From an uncultured Clostridia bacterium (GTDB lineage: Bacteria > Bacillota > Clostridia > TANB77 > CAG-508), in NCBI GenBank assembly GCA_963558405.1, contig CAUWGC010000001.1, forward strand, positions 64,001 to 128,000: a stretch of DNA of 64,000 nt. The letters are read 5' to 3'. Below are positions 62,553 to 64,000 of this stretch, piece by piece. The notes beneath the pieces are model-generated. The model was not told where the DNA came from and did not search any database. It saw only the letters and a program-made list of their open reading frames with translations. Position 1 is the first letter of the stretch; every line of letters starts with the position of its first letter. The translations under genes were made by a program, and so were the position numbers.

Positions 62553-64000
62553 ATGATAACAGCATTACATATAAAAAATATTGGAATTATAGACGAAATG
62601 AGTATTGATTTAAACGAAGGATTTAATGTATTAACAGGAGAAACAGGAGCTGGTAAAACTTTAATAATAGATTCATTAGGAATTATAGCAGGTGGCAGAT
62701 TTTCTAAAGAAATGATTAGAAAAGGAGAAAATTATTCGTATGTAGAGTTATGTATATACGAGCCTAATAATGAAAAAGCAATAGATGGAAACATTATAAT
62801 TTCAAGAGAAATTTATTCAAACGGTAGAAATCTTTGCAAAATAAATAATAGAATGGTAACAGTAACAGAACTAAAGCAATTTATGAATACAATGATAGAT
62901 ATTCATGGACAAAATGATAATCAATTTTTATTAGATCCTACTACACATATAAAATATTTAGACAACTTTATAGGAGAAGAATTACAAAATTATAAAACAG
63001 AATATCAAAAATTATATCAAGAATGGAAAAATATAAATATAGAATTAAAAAACAATTATGGCGATGATAAAGAAAAACAAAGAAGATTAGATTTATTAGA
63101 GTATCAATCTAATGAAATTAGTGAAGCGGAACTAAAGGTAGGAGAAGAAGAAAAACTAGAAAATACAATAAGAAAAATAGAAAACAACGAAAAAATACAA
63201 AACTCCTTAGAAGAAGCATATGAACAAATAGATATAAATGCTATTGATGCAATAAATAATTCTGTACGTGCATTAGAAAAAATAGGAGATTTAGAAGAAT
63301 ATTCAATAGTATTAAATAATTTAAAAAGCATATATTATGATTTACAAGAATTAGGAAGAGATTTATGTAATTTAAAAGAACAAAATGAAGACATAGAAGA
63401 AAACAAAGTAGAATTAGAAGAAAGACTAGATCTTATTTATTCTTTAAAAAGAAAATATGGAAATACAATACAAGAGATATTAGACTATCAAACACAAGTA
63501 GATTTAGAAATTGAAAAGATTAAAAATATGGATTCATATATTCAAAAATTAAAAGAAAAACAAACACAAATAGAAGAAAAAATGACAATACAATGTGAAA
63601 AAATGCATACATTAAGAGAAAATTATGCAAAAGAAATAAGTTATAATATAGATAATGAACTTAAAGATTTAGAAATGAATAATAGTAAATTTAAAGTTAA
63701 AGTACAATATAATTCTCAAAAAGAGTTTAATCAAGATGGATTAGATAAAGTAGAGTTTCTTATTTCTACTAATATTGGAGAAGAAGAAAAACCATTACAT
63801 AAAATAGCATCTGGTGGTGAAATGTCACGTATGATGTTAGCAATAAAAACGGTATTAGCAAATGTAGATGATATACCAACACTTGTTTTTGACGAAATTG
63901 ATACAGGAATTAGTGGAAAAGCAGCTAAAGCAGTTAGCGAAAAAATGAAAAAAATTGCAATAAATCATCAAGTAATTTGTGTTACTCATTTAGCAGTTAT
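62553..64000 (+). CDS. recN: DNA repair protein RecN (3' truncated by the window; absent from the ORF track)
   Basis: LTGETGAGKT, DIHGQ, KIASGGEMSR, FDEIDTGISG and QVICVTHLA motifs; RBS GGGAGG. Confidence 0.96.
   Translation, partial: MITALHIKNIGIIDEMSIDLNEGFNVLTGETGAGKTLIIDSLGIIAGGRFSKEMIRKGENYSYVELCIYEPNNEKAIDGNIIISREIYSNGRNLCKINNRMVTVTELKQFMNTMIDIHGQNDNQFLLDPTTHIKYLDNFIGEELQNYKTEYQKLYQEWKNINIELKNNYGDDKEKQRRLDLLEYQSNEISEAELKVGEEEKLENTIRKIENNEKIQNSLEEAYEQIDINAIDAINNSVRALEKIGDLEEYSIVLNNLKSIYYDLQELGRDLCNLKEQNEDIEENKVELEERLDLIYSLKRKYGNTIQEILDYQTQVDLEIEKIKNMDSYIQKLKEKQTQIEEKMTIQCEKMHTLRENYAKEISYNIDNELKDLEMNNSKFKVKVQYNSQKEFNQDGLDKVEFLISTNIGEEEKPLHKIASGGEMSRMMLAIKTVLANVDDIPTLVFDEIDTGISGKAAKAVSEKMKKIAINHQVICVTHLAV

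Noticed and set aside
792-63331. Many short antisense or overlapping ORFs (e.g. 6983-7411, 22834-23328, 23090-23380, 34112-34720, 38330-38713, 42505-42984, 63104-63331)
   Set aside because: Shadow frames of real genes, with no RBS or recognisable motifs.

Overview
A very AT-rich chromosomal segment from a spore-forming, probably gut-associated Clostridia-like bacterium; most genes are on the + strand. In order it contains: a GH15 gene; a surface-structure region (type IV pilin-like gene, two SipW-type matrix proteins, a sortase with an LPVTF substrate, a vWA adhesin); a seven-gene MBL/VTC/DUF4956/CotH/GH/HEAT/GT2 exopolysaccharide-like operon followed by a degenerate GGDEF-EAL protein; rimP-nusA-infB-rbfA-truB; 6S RNA; prmC-whiA-hemW; fucO; an ABC exporter; sigK; rny-ymdB-spoVS; recA-recX-scpA; asp23-amaP-nusB-xseAB; fhs; sleB; efp; tmRNA; tRNA-Trp; and partial recN. 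I saw no CRISPR array, prophage or IS element. The main finding is that every gene break in the window falls on an in-frame CGG codon (fhs, prmC, the sortase substrate and probably the pilin). Skipping the C each time gives a GGN Gly codon and a full-length protein. By manual scan, no intact conserved gene uses CGG in frame; only two short orphan ORFs do. This suggests CGG-triggered +1 recoding (CGGN read as Gly), but a systematic sequencing artefact has to be excluded.
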